Part shown: one piece after another, positions 61,467-64,000 of the stretch
How positions within the stretch are numbered: the stretch's first letter is position 1
Layout of the letters: each line of letters begins with the position of its first letter
Assembly: GCA_951406725.2 (NCBI GenBank)
Contig: OX597818.1
Span: 85,808,001-85,872,000, forward strand
Direction: 5' to 3'
DNA: 64,000 bases
Source: Octopus vulgaris
Lineage: Eukaryota
Made by a program: the position numbers and the translations under genes
The notes under the pieces: generated by a model
What the model saw: the letters and a program-made list of their open reading frames with translations, nothing else
What the model was told of the DNA's origin: nothing
Database searches by the model: none

Positions 61467-61946
61467 TATTGATAATTTGAACTGAAGTATGGAACCATTA
61501 TACGATAGAGTACGCAAAATGAGGAATACCGTGAATGATATTCACTGTTTTGATTCTTTATCTGTATGAGACATTTCAATGTATACCTATCCATTTGTTG
61601 CAAGCATGTTCATAGTTTGGCTTTTTACCTTTAGGTACCCACACATGAAGGTCAAGTCCTACATTTACGAGGGTGATCTACCCCATCATGTGGCAGACTA
61701 GCCAAGCGCGCCACCATCAGCTATATAAGGGAAGTTTTTCCCGCTATTTCCTTGGTGAGGTGGGTCGTCTCGATGGCGTTCGGATCTTTGACATGAGAGC
61801 AGTTTTATTCCGCTTTGAAGCCTCAGAGAAGAGAGAATCTTTAGCAGGATTCCTTGATACCATGGTTTGTGTTTTTCCTGCGTATATCTTTACCTTCAAA
61901 GTAGCACGAGAGAGCAATGTATTTTAACAGAATTAAGCGTGTCATA

Positions 61947-62117
61947 GGCACAGGAGTGGCTGTGTGGTAAGTAGCTTGCTTACCAACCACATGGTCTCGG
62001 GTTCAGTCCCACTGCTTTACACCCTGAGCAAGTGTCTTCTACTATAGCCTCGAGCCGACCAAAGCCATGTGAGTGGATCTGGTTGACGGAAACTGAAAGA
62101 AGCCCGTTGTATGTATG

Positions 62118-62174
<57 letters not shown>

Positions 62175-62370
62175 GCGTGTGCATGTTTGTGTTTGTCCGC
62201 CCAACATCGCTTGACAACCGATGCTGGTGCGTTTACGTCCCAGTAAGAGACCGATAGAATAAGTACTAGGCTTACAAAGAATAAGTTCTGGGGTCGATTT
62301 GCTCGACTAAAGGTTGTGCTCCAGCATGGCCACAGTCAAATGACTGAAACAAGTAAAAGAATAAAAGAAT
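61947..62370 (+). mobile_element. Full-length SINE-A (more diverged pieces at about 55750-56108, 59727-60060, 63357-63700)
   Basis: Family consensus head, microsatellite and tail. Confidence 0.88.
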
Positions 62371-63707
62371 ATCAGTTTGCTGCATTTTCTTTTAGCAGCG
62401 AAATAAATGTAGCAGTCAACTTTAACTTGTATCTTCGTATTCCTTGATGCTCATTATGATGATTCGCTTGAAACTCGAAGATTTATAACATTACCAGGGC
62501 CTGAGCTACATGCACCTTTTCTGTTTTTTTTAGCTCGCTAAACACTCATCCCACTATTCATAGAGGGTCACAGGGATAGCGTCCTCAGGCACCTCCTCAT
62601 TAGGTTTCTAACAGAAGTAAACGTCATTATATATTCTTGCTGGATTCTCAAGCGTGACCAATGTAGACAATGGATATTATCCAACCATCCCGTTCTTGGT
62701 CTACTTTTAGGTTTTCTGCTGGTTGACTAAACTTAAAGAAATCCGTCTCACGATTCTTTCCTGAGATATTCTAATCACGTGTCCGTAGTACCGGAACTAT
62801 GACCTCTCAATGCGGAGAAGCAGCAGCAGCTAGAGAGAGAGGGGGGGGAGACTCCGATCTTCGAGCTACACACCTTGTCAGACAACGTTACTCTAGAGAT
62901 CCTTCAAAAGAATCCTTTTTCGACCATTTGTTCTCGCGATCGTAGTCTTTCGGCCATGGTGCGGATAAGCACGGAAAGCGAATTGAAGTTTGGTTTTTAC
63001 AAACTGCTTTTATCTTGCGGATCGAACCCTGGAGCTGGCGCAATACTGTGCCAGCACCTGCAATTCTAGCGTCCATTTTAACCTCCTCTCTTCCACCACT
63101 CGAGCTGACCAATAGTCAATATCCACAGGCATAGCGTACCTTCGACTACCTTATCGAATCTGACCTTTTAATTTTTAAGACGGTGAGCGTGTTTCGAGAG
63201 TAATTCAACTGTTATTTTAGGAATTGTCGCCTTCGCAAATACTTACTTACAATGGCTAGAGTAGAGGACAGCCCGTCAAAATAAGAATAATTATTTTTTA
63301 TAATTAGAACCTGGAAATGCAAAAAAACCACGATACAAACAGTAAATATTTTGCAGACGTGACTGTGTATTAAAGAGCTTTCTTCCCAACCACATGGCTT
63401 CGGGTTCAGTCCTACTGCGTGGCATCTTGGGCAAGTGTCTTCTCTTATAGACCTGGGCCGACGCTTTAGTAGAGGACACTTGGTAGACAGCAAGTTGCAG
63501 AAAGCCCGTCGTGTATATATTCCTTTAGTCTTTATTTTACTTGTTTCAATCATCTGACTGCGGCCATGATGGAACACCCAGGACCTATTTTTTAAAGCCT
63601 AGTACTTATTCTATCGTTCTCTTATGCCGAACCGCTAGGTTACGGAACGTAAATGCACTACCAACGGTTGTCAAACAGTGATGCGGGGACAAACCCACAC
63701 ACACACG

Positions 63708-63814
<107 letters not shown>

Positions 63815-64000
63815 ATATATATATAGGCAATATTTATATCCAACTTAACGTAGATGCTTTGTTAGAACGCCGAATACCGCATTATTAGCGCTGAGAGAAC
63901 TTCTCATATAGGCTTTTGGGTCATAGAAGCACACTCGTACAGAAGAGACTCAACAGTTATTGGCCGCCGGATCTCCCATAACCTATGATTTCAGTCTACT

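Overview
AT-rich, microsatellite-rich animal genomic DNA. The repeat landscape looks like a coleoid cephalopod, probably Octopus (inference only). The one clear gene is the 3' end of a class-A plexin on the + strand: eight GT-AG exons from 2453 to the TGA at 20880-20882, splicing in frame to 306 aa of the intracellular RBD-end/RapGAP-C2 region. A ~2.3 kb SINE-free putative 3'UTR follows. The rest is mostly mobile DNA: several tRNA-derived SINE families, RTE-type LINE relics, mariner/Tigger/hAT/piggyBac/Merlin-like elements, Helitron/Helentron relics and simple repeats. Almost all short ORFs in the supplied track are repeat artefacts. Most notable observations: (1) four minus-strand hammerhead-ribozyme-like motifs, one with a compensatory G3-C8 core inside a 204-bp TA-flanked mini-element; (2) inverted SINEs bracketing a 456-nt, phase-0/phase-0, stop-free three-exon block of plexin (candidate circRNA or in-frame skipping); (3) intronic hairpins that could be ADAR substrates; (4) a 624-bp fold-back element with TTAGGG repeats and an 8-bp TSD; (5) a SINE trimer with fold-back junctions; (6) a possible decayed SLC22/MFS transporter pseudogene on the - strand. 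Everything was read by eye. Repeat boundaries are approximate unless a TSD or TIR is quoted, and SINE-A/B/D/E are my working labels.
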